Part shown: one piece after another, positions 1 to 12,076 of the stretch
How positions within the stretch are numbered: position 1 is the stretch's first letter
Layout of the letters: each line of letters opens with the position of its first letter
NCBI GenBank assembly: GCA_030324005.1
Contig: JARDVH010000130.1
Coordinates: forward strand, 12,980,579-13,044,524
DNA: 63,946 nt
Reading direction: 5' to 3'
Source: Negaprion brevirostris
Taxonomy: Eukaryota
Notes under the pieces: generated by a model
Database searches by the model: none
Seen by the model: the letters and a program-made list of their open reading frames with translations, nothing else
What the model was told of the DNA's origin: nothing
Program-made: the position numbers and the translations under genes

Positions 1-372
1 AAAATTTACTTGTAAAATAAGTGCCTTTGCCAAGTATACTTTGGATGAACTATTATAATGCTAATCATGACAAGTACTTGTACCATCCACAAACAGACAG
101 TGTGACAGCAGCAAATTAAATCTAATCTTAATGAACATTTCTCCTGAGGCTAAATAATGTTTGTCTGAGATTTAAGGGCCTCGTGTGCATTGGTCAGCTA
201 TCATTGTCACATATGCTGAACCATTGTTGACGGCAGAGATATGGAAGTACAGGAGACTCAAATGTTGAGACAGACAAATAATACAGCTGAAAATCCCATT
301 CAGAGTTCATCGGGGCAGGGATGTACATGTTTGACCCTTATGATACTGTGCTATTAAATATATTACATGCTT

Positions 373-2185
373 TGTAACAAAAAGGCAGTTTGTCTGGAGG
401 AGTGCAGCAGGTGCCGATAAAACAGGAAAATTACTCAATTTAACCAAGGGTTTATTTAGCAGAAGGCTTAATGGGTTGTTTTTTCTGATGCAAGTAGTAA
501 GGTGAGTTACGTATGCAGGGACAGAGTCATGTGATGTTAGAGGAGCTAAGCTTGTTAGAAATATAAAAGTTTCATTTACATTTTAAAAGTAAAGAGTAGT
601 TACTGCCTGGAGCTGGTAAACAGCTTTCCCCAAAAGTTGTCTCAAAGCTCTAAGACTATTAACAATAGGTTAAAGCAATTATGCCTGGGTTTTAATTAAG
701 TCTATAGAGAGAAATATTGTCTGATTAGAACTGACATTTTGAGTTTTTGAGGTGGTAACTAGGAAGTTGAATAAAGGAGAACCAGTGGATAGGATTTTTT
801 AGATTTCAAAAATGCCTTTGACAAGGTGTCACACAGCAGACTGTTAAATAAGTTAACAGTTCATAGTGTTATGGGAAGATCCTGGCATGGATAGAGGACT
901 GGCTGACTGGCAGGAGGCAGAGAGTGGGAATATAGGGGTCTTTTTCAGGATGGCAACCGGTGACTAATGGTTTGCCTCAGGGGTCGGTGCTGGGATCACA
1001 ACTTTTCACAATACATATTAACGATTTGGAAGAAGGAACTGAAGGTACTGTTGAGGACGATACAAAGATATCTAGAGAGGTAGCATTGAGGAAGCAGGGG
1101 GGATGCAGAAGGACTTGACAGGTTAGGAGAGTGGGCAAAGTGGCAGATGGAATACAATGTTGAAAAGTGTGAGGCTATGCACTTTGGAAGGAGAAATGGA
1201 GGCATATACTATTTTCTAAATNNNNNNNNNNNNNNNNNNNNNNNNNNNNNNNNNNNNNNNNNNNNNNNNNNNNNNNNNNNNNNNNNNNNNNNNNNNNNNN
1301 NNNNNNNNNNNNNNNNNNNNNNNNNNNNNNNNNNNNNNNNNNNNNNNNNNNNNNNNNNNNNNNNNNNNNNNNNNNNNNNNNNNNNNNNNNNNNNNNNNNN
1401 NNNNNNNNNNNNNNNNNNNNNNNNNNNNNNNNNNNTGCTGACCTTGGAAAGAGTCCAGAGGAGGTTCACAAGAATTATCCCTGCACTGAAGAGCTTGCCA
1501 TATGAGAAATGGTCGAGGACTCTGGGTCTGTACTCGGAGTTCAGAAGGATAAGGGGGGGGATCTTATTGAAACATACAGGATACAGTGATTTCTGGATAG
1601 AGTGGATGTGGAGAGGATGTCTCCACTAGAAGGAAAAACTAGGACCAGAGGACACAAGCTCAGACTAAAGGGACAATCCTTTAAAACAGAAATGAGGAGA
1701 AATTTCTTCAGCCAAAGTGGTGAATCTGTGGAATTCTTTGCCGCAGAAGGCTGTGGAGGACAGGCCATTAAATGTCTTTAAGACAGAGACAGATAGGCTC
1801 TTAATAAGGCAGTCAGGGGTTTTATGGGGAAAAAGCAGGAGAACGGAGATGAGAGAAATATCAGCCGTGCTTAAGTGGCAGAGCAGACTTGATGGGCTGA
1901 ACGGCCCAATTCTGCTCTTACGTCTTATGGTCTTATATGGCAAAGTTAGAGCTTAAAATGAAAGGAAACAATTCTAAGTATTGCTCAACTGTCAAAAGTC
2001 AATTCATTTGTTTTGTTAAATTGCATTAAGTAAAGTTTGTTTTGATAAAAGTTCACTTGTTTGCCAGTAGAATCACGCCTGGAGTAAAACACACTATCTT
2101 CACATTTATGCCAAAACAGAAAAATTGTTGGGGTCTAGTCTGGCTTTGTAAGAGACCTGGAGGTTCTGACCTGGCATCCTCAAAC
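373..2185 (+). mobile_element. Solo-LTR-like element interrupted by a CR1 LINE
   Basis: AT-rich segment on both sides of the LINE, ending in a U5-like stretch (taaagtttgttttg...gttggggtctagtctggc...gacctggcatcc). Shares tatgcagggacagag with 60639-60653. Confidence 0.3.
770..1938 (+). mobile_element. CR1-clade LINE (HER1-like), RT to 3' end, decayed
   Basis: Degenerate RT motifs (DF..AFDKV.H; G.PQGSVLG; YINDL; DDTK), MEYNVEKCEAMHFG, LERVQRRFTR, RNFFSQ.VVNLWNSLPQ, and a tcttatgg tail. Confidence 0.9.
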
Positions 2186-3664
2186 TTGAATGAATCAAAT
2201 TGACTCGCCATTAAATCCATGAGGCTTAGAGATGGATTAACGCAAAATATATTTACAGAAGTGAAATGTATATATAATGAACATTTCTGCCACCATTGTA
2301 CATTCAAAACTTGTTAATTTTTCTAACCCTAATCGCTATATTTAGGTGCAGCNNNNNNNNNNNNNNNNNNNNNNNNNNNNNNNNNNNNNNNNNNNNNNNN
2401 NNNNNNNNNNNNNNNNNNNNNNNNNNNNNNNNNNNNNNNNNNNNNNNNNNNNNNNNNNNNNNNNNNNNNNNNNNNNNNNNNNNNNNNNNNNNNNNNNNNN
2501 NNNNNNNNNNNNNNNNNNNNNNNNNNNNNNNNNNNNNNNNNNNNNNNNNNNNNNNNNNNNNNNNNNNNNNNNNNNNNNNNNNNNGGATTTCAGGCTGGCA
2601 CTTTTCTTTTGGTTGCCTGTTTGCCTTTCCTAACTCCATGAGGAGAAGTGTGAACTGGAAGTGGTGCCCTCTCCTCCTCTCGTCAAGTGACTGCTGGAAC
2701 ACACCCATGGTTAGAGAGATGGTGTGCAGATTCAAGTGCAAATCCTGTAGAAACTGCTGTACTAGAGTCTCCAAGAGGACACCACCTTGCCAATGGAGAT
2801 TGCAATGGGCTTACATGCCAGAGCCAGGACATCAGACAGAACACAGCCAGACTCCTCCATCCTTCATCCCAGTTTGCTGATGGCCTCCTGACAAGTCTGT
2901 TGGATGTTCCCCTACCTGTCACCACATATCCAACATTTCTCTCATGGCCAATTTCAGAAATTTAACCTTGGACTCAGACACTGCAAGGGTCTGGTGTCAG
3001 AGACCGAGGCTGTCAGTGCCTCGGCTTGCTGTGGATCATGCCTGTGAGGTGCTCACTAGTTTGTGAACTGGAGCCCAGTCTAGAACTGGATCCCATCAGG
3101 ATGTGTGTATCTGTTTTGGTGAAGGGTGCAGTGACGCACTGGTGAACGCAATGAAGGTGTTTTCTCAGGTGGTAGGTCTGCTTCCTCAGATGGCCTGGGA
3201 GCTGGCAGTGAGGTGAATGTTCTTCACTTTTTCCTGCCAGTACCTGGAAAAGGGGGATAAGAGAGAATTAGTGATTGCTAAGCAGGTTCATACATTACAG
3301 ATCACTCACAGTCAGCTATTGTCTAGATAGTGTCCATGTATACTGGGTGCACCCTCCCTGGTTTGTCAGCAGATGCTCACCTCACCTTTCACACAGGAAC
3401 CATCTCTATCCTTTCCAGCCAGATTGATAACCAATTCCTCAAATGGGGAATGGGTGTATTCAGCTCAGGGGTATCTCTTCCAGTCTTTGCTCTCTTACTT
3501 TTATTGTACAAGGTCTTGTAAAATCTATTTTATTTCAGACATGGGATGATGGGCTTAAAGTGGCTGAAGTGCTGACGTTCTGTCTGCTGATTCTGCAGAA
3601 TTGACATGCACACTCTAATCCTTGATGGGAGTGAGAGTTTGGAGTGAGCAGAAGTTTCATTTAC

Positions 3665-3907
3665 CCTGGCAGAGCAGAGTAGATCATTCATCCTTTTTGG
3701 GCACTGGAGGGCCATCCTTTCTTGTTCGCTACAGACTTTGATCTCCCTGGCCACTTTCTCTCAGGCCATCACCGTCAAGTGGAAGGACCCCTTGCTCCCA
3801 TTCTGAGGAAGGAGGACCTCCCGCCGTTCCTAAGTGGCCTGCAGGAGAATCCCCAGGGAGGCTTCGCTGAAACGTGGTGCTGATAGTTTGGTTCTCCTCA
3901 GCACCAT
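3665..3907 (-). pseudogene. Fossil Myb/SANT-like DNA-binding gene (exon 1) of a PIF/Harbinger transposon spanning about 2586-4165
   Basis: One frame reads MVLRRTKLSAPRFSEASLGILLQAT*ERREVLL...MA*EKVAREIKVCSEQERMALQCPKRMNDLLCSAR, then a GTAAAT donor. Two in-frame stops. Confidence 0.7.
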
Positions 3908-4579
3908 GAATTCTGTGCTACAGAACAGCGGGGCTGCATTGAGTGAATGTCTCTGTGGGTGCTGTTTAAATACGGTGCCAGGACCTTTGATCCTGAGGTA
4001 ACAGCAGGGCAAGTGAATTAATGCCTGCCCTGCCACAAGATCTGCTGAGCTCCTCACTAATAATTAAGTAGGAAAAGAGAGATCGCGAGTGTGCAGTCAA
4101 CTAGCAGAATCATGCTAATTTTCCAGTCCGCCATTGGACTTAGTCTACAGAATGGAAAATTGCATTCCTGAACCATTTATAATGTAACAACAATTTACAA
4201 TGTGTTTGAGGACCATCGAGAGCTTATTGCAATTCAGAGTACTGCAAACGTGCTGCATTGTTATAGTTTCAGTGTGGGAATTTACAAAATGGTTTGCAGT
4301 AAAAGCCTTAAATTGACATGGTAGACCAAAGTGAAAAAATGATAATGTGCAGGTGTTAAGACAGTAACTTGCTGTGGTATCAAATTTTCACTTTTAAATC
4401 AATTCTAGACTCAACAAATTGACTAATTACTTTAGAAAAGTAACCAAAAGATAGATTGTATACTTTGGGGAAGAAAAGATTGAGGGTGACGTTATTCAAA
4501 ATCCTAAAAAGGAGTAGATAAATGAAACACCCTTAATATGGTTGAGATAGTTACAAACTCTTAAAGAAAAAAAACACAG

Positions 4580-4700
4580 AGGCTAGAAATTTCCTGCAGG
4601 GGATAGTGGGCTTGAGAGAAAATTCAGCCGACCGCTAAAAGGTCCATTGACCTCGGGTGGGAATTTCCAGTCTTGGTGCGCACATGACCGGAAAATCAGT
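4580..4700. mobile_element. Short Harbinger-like MITE
   Basis: Ends aggctagaaatttcc / ggaaaatc. Interior resembles 52277-52403 (ggtgggaatttccagt...ggaaaatc). Confidence 0.5.
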
Positions 4701-5552
4701 ATCAGTTTGAGAAAAGGGAACATGCACAGCTTGGAAATAGTCACTTCCTGTCAAGAATGGACTACCTGGACTGCCACTGGAGACAGTGGAGCAGGAGAGC
4801 ATGACAACATTCAAACAGAGAATTGGACAGAGATTTGAGACTGGTCAGACAGCTCTGTACTTTCCAACATTCCAGGGTGATTCGCTATAAATGGAAACTT
4901 GCAAAAGGGCTAGAAATTCAACTTGACCAGTGGTGCAAACCGGGCAGTATTGGGCTGGCTATGCAATATGCACAGTGCCTGATATTCACTTCCATCCCAG
5001 TAGAGATGCCACTGTTCAAGATTAATTTCTATATCACTGAGGTTGAAATATCTACTTGTTTCCATGCATATACTTCCTGTATTAGAGACAAAGCCAACTG
5101 ATTGGCACCGACACCTTAAAATGGCATTTTCTGCAGGCCAGGGCATTGCATCTAGAAGTCTAGGTGACCAGGTGGGCCACCATTCTTTAAAAACAGATAA
5201 ACAGAATTGGACAGCTTTCTTACATTGCAGCTACTGTTAAAGAGTAAAAAGGTAAAGGCATGACCCCTGGTGAATAAAGCACTGGTCATCTTCCTGATGA
5301 CAACAACTTGGTTAACATCACTACTCTCTTCTACTGTGGAAAGATCCAGCAGAGGGTAGTAGTCACTGAGTGCTTCTGGCAACATTCACTCTACAGGAAA
5401 GGTGGCTGCAGATGTTCCTGTTGTATATGGTCATAATCTGCAATATTATACTCATGGCCTCAGAAGTCAGCAATTTCCAGTAATTGCTGGGTCATTATTC
5501 CTAAATCTGCAGGTGCAGTAGGGAGCATAGCAGCAGCCAAGGCAGCACTCAA

Positions 5553-6132
5553 AGAACATTACAGCACAGGAACAGGCCTTTCAGCCCAAGTCTGTACCAA
5601 CCATGCTGTCCATCTTAACTAAAACCCTCTATCCTTCCGGGAAATCATATCCCTCTATTCCTGTCCCATTCATGTACTCGTCAAGGCGCCCCTTAAAAGT
5701 CACCATATCGGCTTCCACTACCTCCCATGGCAACGAGTTCCAGGTACCCACTACTCTGTGTTAAAAATCTGCCTCGTACATCTGCATTAAACCTTGCCCC
5801 TCGCACCTTAAACTTAGGCCCCCTAGGCTTTTTCCCAAGAGTCAATTACAAGCCACACATTAGGCCTTTGGGAAAAAGCTTCTGACTATCCACTCTGTCC
5901 ATGCCTCTCATAATACTGTAGACTTGCATCAGGTCTCCCCTTAACCTCCATCGCTCCAGTGAGAACAAACCAAGTTTCTCCAACCTCTCCTCATAGCTAA
6001 TGCTCTCCATACCATGCAATAACCTGGCAAATCTTTCCTGTACCCTCTTCAAAGTCTCCACATCTTCTGGTAGTGTGGCGACCAGAATTGAACACTATAT
6101 TCCATTTGCAGCCTAAGGTTCTATAAAGCTGC
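5553..6132 (-). mobile_element. CR1-clade LINE 3' fragment
   Basis: ETLKRVQERFARLLHGMESISYEERLEKLGLFSLERWRLRGDL on the minus strand, with CR1-type 3'UTR. Confidence 0.9.
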
Positions 6133-6609
6133 TACTGTTCAAGAGTAAAAGGTAAAGGCATTACCCCTTAGGTAAAGGCATTATTCCTACCTCTATGGCA
6201 GCTCTCCTCTGTTCCTCCTTTCAGTGAAAGGTTGGAAGCAGCTCCGTCAGCAGAACCCAATGGAATAGCAGGAGTTAACTGCAGAATGTCAACAAGGTTT
6301 CACGAAGTCAAAAATCTATTACACACAGAGTGCAAAATTGGCGGACCTCTCTGTTTTGTATCAATTAGCCACAAAGGCCTAATGCATGGCTTGCTTGTTG
6401 CAATATGCTTAAAGCTTACACAAGTAACAATTGCATGGCCCAATGGGCTCTTTGGCTACATGGAATTAATAGAAGTAAAGTGAATGGAAAACTCTGGTTG
6501 CACGTACAGAGAGCTGGTGAAAACGTGGCAGGCTGAAAGGCCTCTGTCTGTGCTGCAACCATTCTGTGAAAAGATCGCTGTACACATTCATAACGTGGAC
6601 CCAATAACA

Positions 6610-7225
6610 AGTGATTTGGATTGTCACATGTATTAACATACAGTGAAAAGTATTGTTTCTTGCAGGTTATACAAACAAAGCATACCATTCATAGAAAAAA
6701 AAAGAGTGCAGAATATAGTGTTACAATCATAGCTAGGGTGTATAGTAAGATCAATGTAATGTAAGAAAGGTCAATCAAAAGTCTGACGGCAGCAGGAAAG
6801 AAGCTGTCCTTGAGTCAGTTAGTACATGACCTCAGACTTTTGTATCTTTTTCCTGAAGGAAGAAGGTGGAAGAGAGAATGTCCGGGGTGCATGGGGTCCT
6901 TAATTATGCTGGCTGCTTTGCCGAGGCAGCGGGAAGTGTAGTCAGAGTCAATAGATGGGAGGCTGGTTTGCGTGATGGATTGGGCTACATTCATTACCTT
7001 TTGTAGTTCCTTGCAGTCTTGGACAGAGCAGGATACCAGATGTAACCAGAAAGAAAGCTTTCTGTGGTGCATCTGTTAAAGTTGGCGAGAGTCATAGCTG
7101 ACATGCCAAATTTCCTTAGTCTTCTGAGAAAGTAGAGGCGGTGGTGGGTTTTCTTAACTATAGTGTAGGCATGGGGGGACCAGGACAGGTTGTTGGTAAT
7201 CTGGACACCTAAAAACTTGAAGGTT
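6610..7225 (-). mobile_element. Rex1/Babar-like LINE 3' fragment
   Basis: LPSIDSDYTSRCLGKAASIIKDPMHPGHSLFHLLPSGKRYKSLR; same family as 61730-62571. Confidence 0.85.
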
Positions 7226-7311
7226 CACTTTCCCTTGAATACTTTTCTCAGACTCAATAGTGACATTTAAAAAAGGAGTCAGTTTAACCAGGATTTCTTG
7301 AGTTAAGATAC

Positions 7312-8342
7312 AGTAAGTAGTCTCACAACACCAGGTTAAAGTCCAACAGGTTTATTTAGTAGTACGAGCTTTTGGAGTGTTGCCCCTTCATCAGGTGAGT
7401 GGAGAGTTCAGTTCACAAACAGGGCATGTAAGGACACAAACTCAAAGTTAATGATTGGAATGCAAATCTTAACAGGTAATCAAATCTTTACAGGTGCAGG
7501 CAACGTGAGTGGAGAGAGGGTTAAGCAGAGGTTAAAGAGGTATGAATTGTCTCCAGCCAGGACAGTTAGTGAGATTTTGCAAGACCAAACAAGTTGTGGG
7601 GATTACAGATAGTGTGATATGAACTCAAGATCCCGGTTGAGGCTGTCCTCATGTATGTGGAACTTTGCTATCAGTTTGTGCTCAGCAATTCTGCGTTGTT
7701 ATATCGTGAAGGCCCCCTGGAGGTGCTTACCCGAAGATCAGAGGCTGAATGCCCTTGACAGCTGAAATGTTCCCTGACAGAGAGGGTACGTTCCTGCCTG
7801 GTGATTGTTGAGCGGTGGCCATCCATCTGTTGTAGCGTCTGCATGGTCTCGCCAATGTACCATGCCTAGAGACATCCTTTCCTGCAGCATATCAGGTAGA
7901 CAATGTTGGCCAAGTCACAAGAGTATGTACTGTACTTGGTGGATGGTGTTCTCACATAAGATGATGGCATCTGTGTCGATGATCCAGCACATCTTGCAGA
8001 GGCTGCTGTGGCAGGGTTGTGTGGTGTCGTGGTCACTGTTTTTATGAAGGCTGGGTAGTTTGCTGTGTTCAGTAGTCTGTTTAAGGTTGCACGGTTGTTT
8101 GAAGGCAGGTAGTGGAGGTGTGGGAATGGCCTTAGTGAGATGTTCATCTTCATCAATGACATGTTGAAGCCTCCAGAGAAGATGTTGTAGCTTCTGCACT
8201 CCGGGGAAGTACTGGACGATGAAGGGTACTCTATCTGCCTTGTCCTGTGTTTGTCTTCTGAAGAGGCCTGTGCGGTTTTTCACTTTTGGGCATCAGAACT
8301 GTCGACCTATCTGTCGGAACTATTCACTTCATCCTGGACCAC
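7312..8342 (-). mobile_element. Penelope-like element, GIY-YIG endonuclease region and 3' end
   Basis: RVPFIVQYFPG...PPLPAFKQPCNLK, YSCDLANIVYLICCRKGCL*AWYIGETMQT (GIY-YIG), terminal repeat with hammerhead motif. Confidence 0.9.
7362..7400 (-). ncRNA. Minimal type-I hammerhead ribozyme motif, decayed
   Basis: Minus strand: actcac CTGATGA aggggcaacactcc AAAAGCT C gta. GAAA is mutated to AAAA. Confidence 0.6.
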
Positions 8343-8441
8343 NNNNNNNNNNNNNNNNNNNNNNNNNNNNNNNNNNNNNNNNNNNNNNNNNNNNNNNNNN
8401 NNNNNNNNNNNNNNNNNNNNNNNNNNNNNNNNNNNNNNNNN

Positions 8442-8690
8442 NGCTGCTTTGCCAAGGCAGCGCAAAGTGTAGATAGAGTCAATGGATGAGAGGCTGGCTT
8501 GCATGATGGATTAGGCTACATTCACGACTTTTGTAGTTTCTTGCGGTCTTGGGCAGAGCAGGAGCCATACCAAGCTGTGATGCAGCCAGACAGAATGCTT
8601 CCTATTGGACATCTATAAAAAAAGTTAGAGAGAGTTGTTGTTGACATGCCAAATTTTCTTTGTCTTCTGAGAAAGAAGAGGCATTGGTAA
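8442..8690 (-). mobile_element. Rex1/Babar-like LINE fragment
   Basis: FLRRQRKFGMS...YRCPIGSILSGCITAWYGSCSAQDRKKLQ. Confidence 0.85.
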
Positions 8691-9747
8691 TAATCTAGAA
8701 GTTTCTGCTTTCTATTCTGGATTATCATAGTAAATTTAGCTATCTAGAGTAACTAATGCAATATAAAGATAATTGTATTGACAGCAGAATGATGATATTG
8801 TTTCCTCACACTATTTCAGGAAGCAATATATTTAGACCTATTCTAAATTTGGACCGATCTAAAGAACAGCATCCTGGTTTCTGTATTCACCCTGAACTGC
8901 CAAATGCACAGAAGCATCTGTTACTAGGGCAGCAGATGGTTGAGTGACTTAATAAGTTTCAGGAAGTCAAGAATTATAGAACTGTTAGCAGGGGTAGAGG
9001 GAATTTCTTACCAATGCAACATTTCTCATGAAGCAGCCCCATGGTGCTGGAAGTTCTGAAAAGTGGATTGCAACAATTTATGTTTCATTGCAGAATTGAA
9101 ATATTCTATAATATTCCAGAGAGGGGCAAGTACATGCTGACTGACCAGATGCACACATGGACATAGCAAATCGCACAATTATGTTTGCAAATATTAATTT
9201 TTCAGTAAAGTCTCACTCTTTAGCCATACAAAACTAGAAACACAATTTGTGTGGGAACTTAAAATCAAGTCATATTGTGAAATGAAAGATTTTAATTTGT
9301 GTTCTCTATTTGAATGTCTGTGTTTTTCAAATTTGAATATTTCTGGTTGGGAATTTCATTTATCTTGTCCCCTGCTTTCATCCTTTGTGTCAAATTTAAT
9401 TTGAAAGCAAGAGGCGAGACTAGCAGAACGGATCTGGGTGATCATGATTACCTTCCAAGCCTTGGCCGCGGACACTCTTGCAGCAGTTATGGTCAGGGAG
9501 GAAATACCAGCATAAAGCCCATGCAGTCACCCATAGAATGGTAGGCTAATACTGGATAAAATACCATGCAAAACTGACAGATTTTTGTGAAAACCTACTG
9601 GTCACTAATGATCTTCAGGAAAGGTCTAGACATCAGTCTCACATTATTCATTGTCACAGCCTCAGGATAAGGGGGCAATTATTTGGTACCAAGGTGAGGG
9701 GAAATTACCTCACTCAAAGGGTTGTTAATCTTTAGAATTTTTTGTTT

Positions 9748-10130
9748 TATTCATTCATAGGACATGGGCTTTGTTGGCTGGTCAGCATTTATTGCCCATT
9801 CCTAAATGCGCTTGTTCAGAGGGCAGTTGAGAGTCAACCATATTGCTATGGGTAAAAGCAAATTACTGTGGATGCTGGAATATAAAACCAAAAGAGAAAA
9901 TGTTGAAAAATCTTTAAGGAGAGAAAAGAGCTGATGTTCTGAGTCCATATGACCCTTTGTCAAAATTGAGATCACTGTGGGTCTGGAGTCACATGTAGGC
10001 CAGACCAGGTAAGGACGGCAGATTTCCTTCCATAAAAGGACATGAGTGAACCAGATGGGTTTTTAAGCCGATCGACAATGGTTTCACGGTCAACGGTAGA
10101 TTCTTAATTCCAGATTTTGTAAAAACTCAA
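9748..10130 (-). mobile_element. SINE with LINE-derived tail, interrupted by a Penelope 3' fragment (~9853-9968)
   Basis: Similar to 33722-34087 and 52840-53140. The insert has the ccagcatccacag end and a degenerate hammerhead-like ttgacaaagggtcatatggactc. Confidence 0.7.
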
Positions 10131-10319
10131 ATTGGCTTGCGTTGCTCGTGCCATGGGTACAACTTACAATGCAACTTGCCTGCATCTGAACAATAAATTC
10201 TTAGTGGTTACCATTACCCACTCATTCTCCCTGCCAACTCTTCGGCCTTCCTATTTATGGTTAGCCCACCTTTAATATAGCTTGTATACAGCTTTATAGA
10301 CTGATAGCCAAGTTCCACA

Positions 10320-10662
10320 CACACAAGTACGGCCTCAACCAGGATCTTAAGATCACGTCACACTATCTGTAACCCCCGCAACTTGCAAAATCTCACTGTC
10401 CTTTCTGGAAACAATACACATCTCTTTAACCTGTGCTTAATGCTCTCTCCACTCACACTGTCTGTACATTTAGGAACTGATTAGCTGCAAAGACTCACAT
10501 TCCAATCATTATTCTGTAAATTGAGTTTGTTTTTTTAATATGCCCTGTTTGTGATCAGAACTCCCCACTCACCTGATGAAGGAGCAGCGCTCCAAAAGCT
10601 AGTGACATTTGCTACCAAATAAACCTGTTGGACTTTAACCTAGTGTTGTGAGACTTCTTACT
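10320..10662 (+). mobile_element. Penelope-like element 3' end (same family as 7312-7650, opposite orientation)
   Basis: Near reverse complement of 7312-7650; ends aaataaacctgttggactttaacctagtgttgtgagacttcttact. Confidence 0.85.
10569..10605 (+). ncRNA. Minimal type-I hammerhead ribozyme motif with core G-to-A change
   Basis: tcac CTGATGA a ggagc agc gctcc AAAAGCT A gtga. Stem I tcac/gtga, stem II ggagc/gctcc, AGCT palindrome. Confidence 0.65.
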
Positions 10663-10934
10663 AGAAATGGCCAGATTGCAGGGATTGGAAGTGGAATTTA
10701 CAACACTCTTTTCCACCCATAACACCAGACTCCAAATGCCAATTTTACAACACCACATCTGCCATAAAGCATTGGAAAATTTGCCCTTATAAAGATCATC
10801 TACATGAAATCTGCTAGTTCAGTTGTAATATTGGTTGCTATTTTGCCTCTTGTTGCTGGTATGAGGTAATATTTTGGTCCTGAATTGACATCCGTGTGTC
10901 GAATTTAGATAACTGAAATTCAATTAATCTGTAT

Positions 10935-12065
10935 CTGAAGCATGCAAGATTCTGAATCGGGCTTGACAAAGAGGTTGCTTCCCAGGCTGAAGAGTCTTGA
11001 ACACAGAGACATAGGGCGGAATTTTAACCCAAATAATCTGTCATAATAGCAAGAATAATGGAGTGATCCTTGCTAGTCTCTCAGACGTGCTCAGTTCTGT
11101 ACTCCTCCCACACTCGATCACTTTTTATAAAAAAGAGTTCGGGGCTTTGTGCTGGTACTGGTGGGGACAGAGAGGGGCTGATAAACATGCTGTTGAGCAC
11201 AGCTTCAAAACGTTTGGACATCTTTTCGCAAGAGCACCCCGATCTTTCAGTGCAATGAAAAGTCCTTCCCTCCCTCCACCCCACAAACATCAGGTTCTAC
11301 CTCCACCGTTGGTGGCATATTCCCCCATCCCTTCCCCGATGTGTCGTTGACATCAGTGCCCTTTCGATGGGTCTTCTGTCTTGATCCCTAACCTGTCCCT
11401 CATCATAACCCCCGACATGGTTCACCCCTGTCCACACCCCATCATAGCCCTCACTCAAGCCCCATCCCCTCATTGCTGCCCCTGGTACATTGGCAGTGCC
11501 CAACTGGCACCAGAATGTCATGTGGCCACTGTCAGGGTGTCCAATGGGCATTGCCAGATGCACACCACCCAGCCATGGCCCTGGGGCCCTCAATGGCCTC
11601 CAACGCTGCTGGCATGACCATCATGCCAGGTCTCTATTAGCCGAGGCCAGTATTGATTCTTGACATTATCGTGCCATGTCCGAAGCTTGGAAGATTCCGT
11701 GTGCTGAGATTTGAACGGGCTATGCAGATTAAAATGCTACTCAATCTGGTTTACATCATTAGAAAGGGGCAGGGAGAATTGCAAACCATTTTGTGCTGAG
11801 CGCAAAACCGTATTTTAGGCCCATACACTATTTTCTCAGATCATACAATCTGCACCAGGCACAGCTAGGTAGGAAAATCACCCATTTAGTTTCACAGTAA
11901 GGAGTAGAATGAGGGGAAATTTCTTCCCCATCATGGTTGTGAATGATGTCCTATTATTGAACATGTTCAAGCCAGGAATAGGTAGATTTTTAATCTCTCA
12001 GGGAATCAAGTGAACAAATGTGAAAATGGAGTTAACACAGAAGATCGGCCAAGACTGTATTGGAT
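10935..12065 (+). mobile_element. CR1 LINE 3' fragment split by a Harbinger-like insertion
   Basis: gggcttgac...ttcccaggctgaagagtc...gacata, resuming after 11883 with gaatgaggggaaatttcttc...gttgtgaat. Confidence 0.7.
11014..11883. mobile_element. Non-autonomous PIF/Harbinger-like DNA transposon
   Basis: Termini gggcggaatttt / aaaatcaccc, flanks ata/att; it interrupts a CR1 fragment. Confidence 0.65.
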
Positions 12066-12076
12066 GATGATGATTT

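Noticed and set aside
9925-9968. Further hammerhead-like remnants (also ~19330-19370 and ~50461-50495)
   Set aside because: Core or stems are too degraded to call as ribozymes; noted only as Penelope ends.
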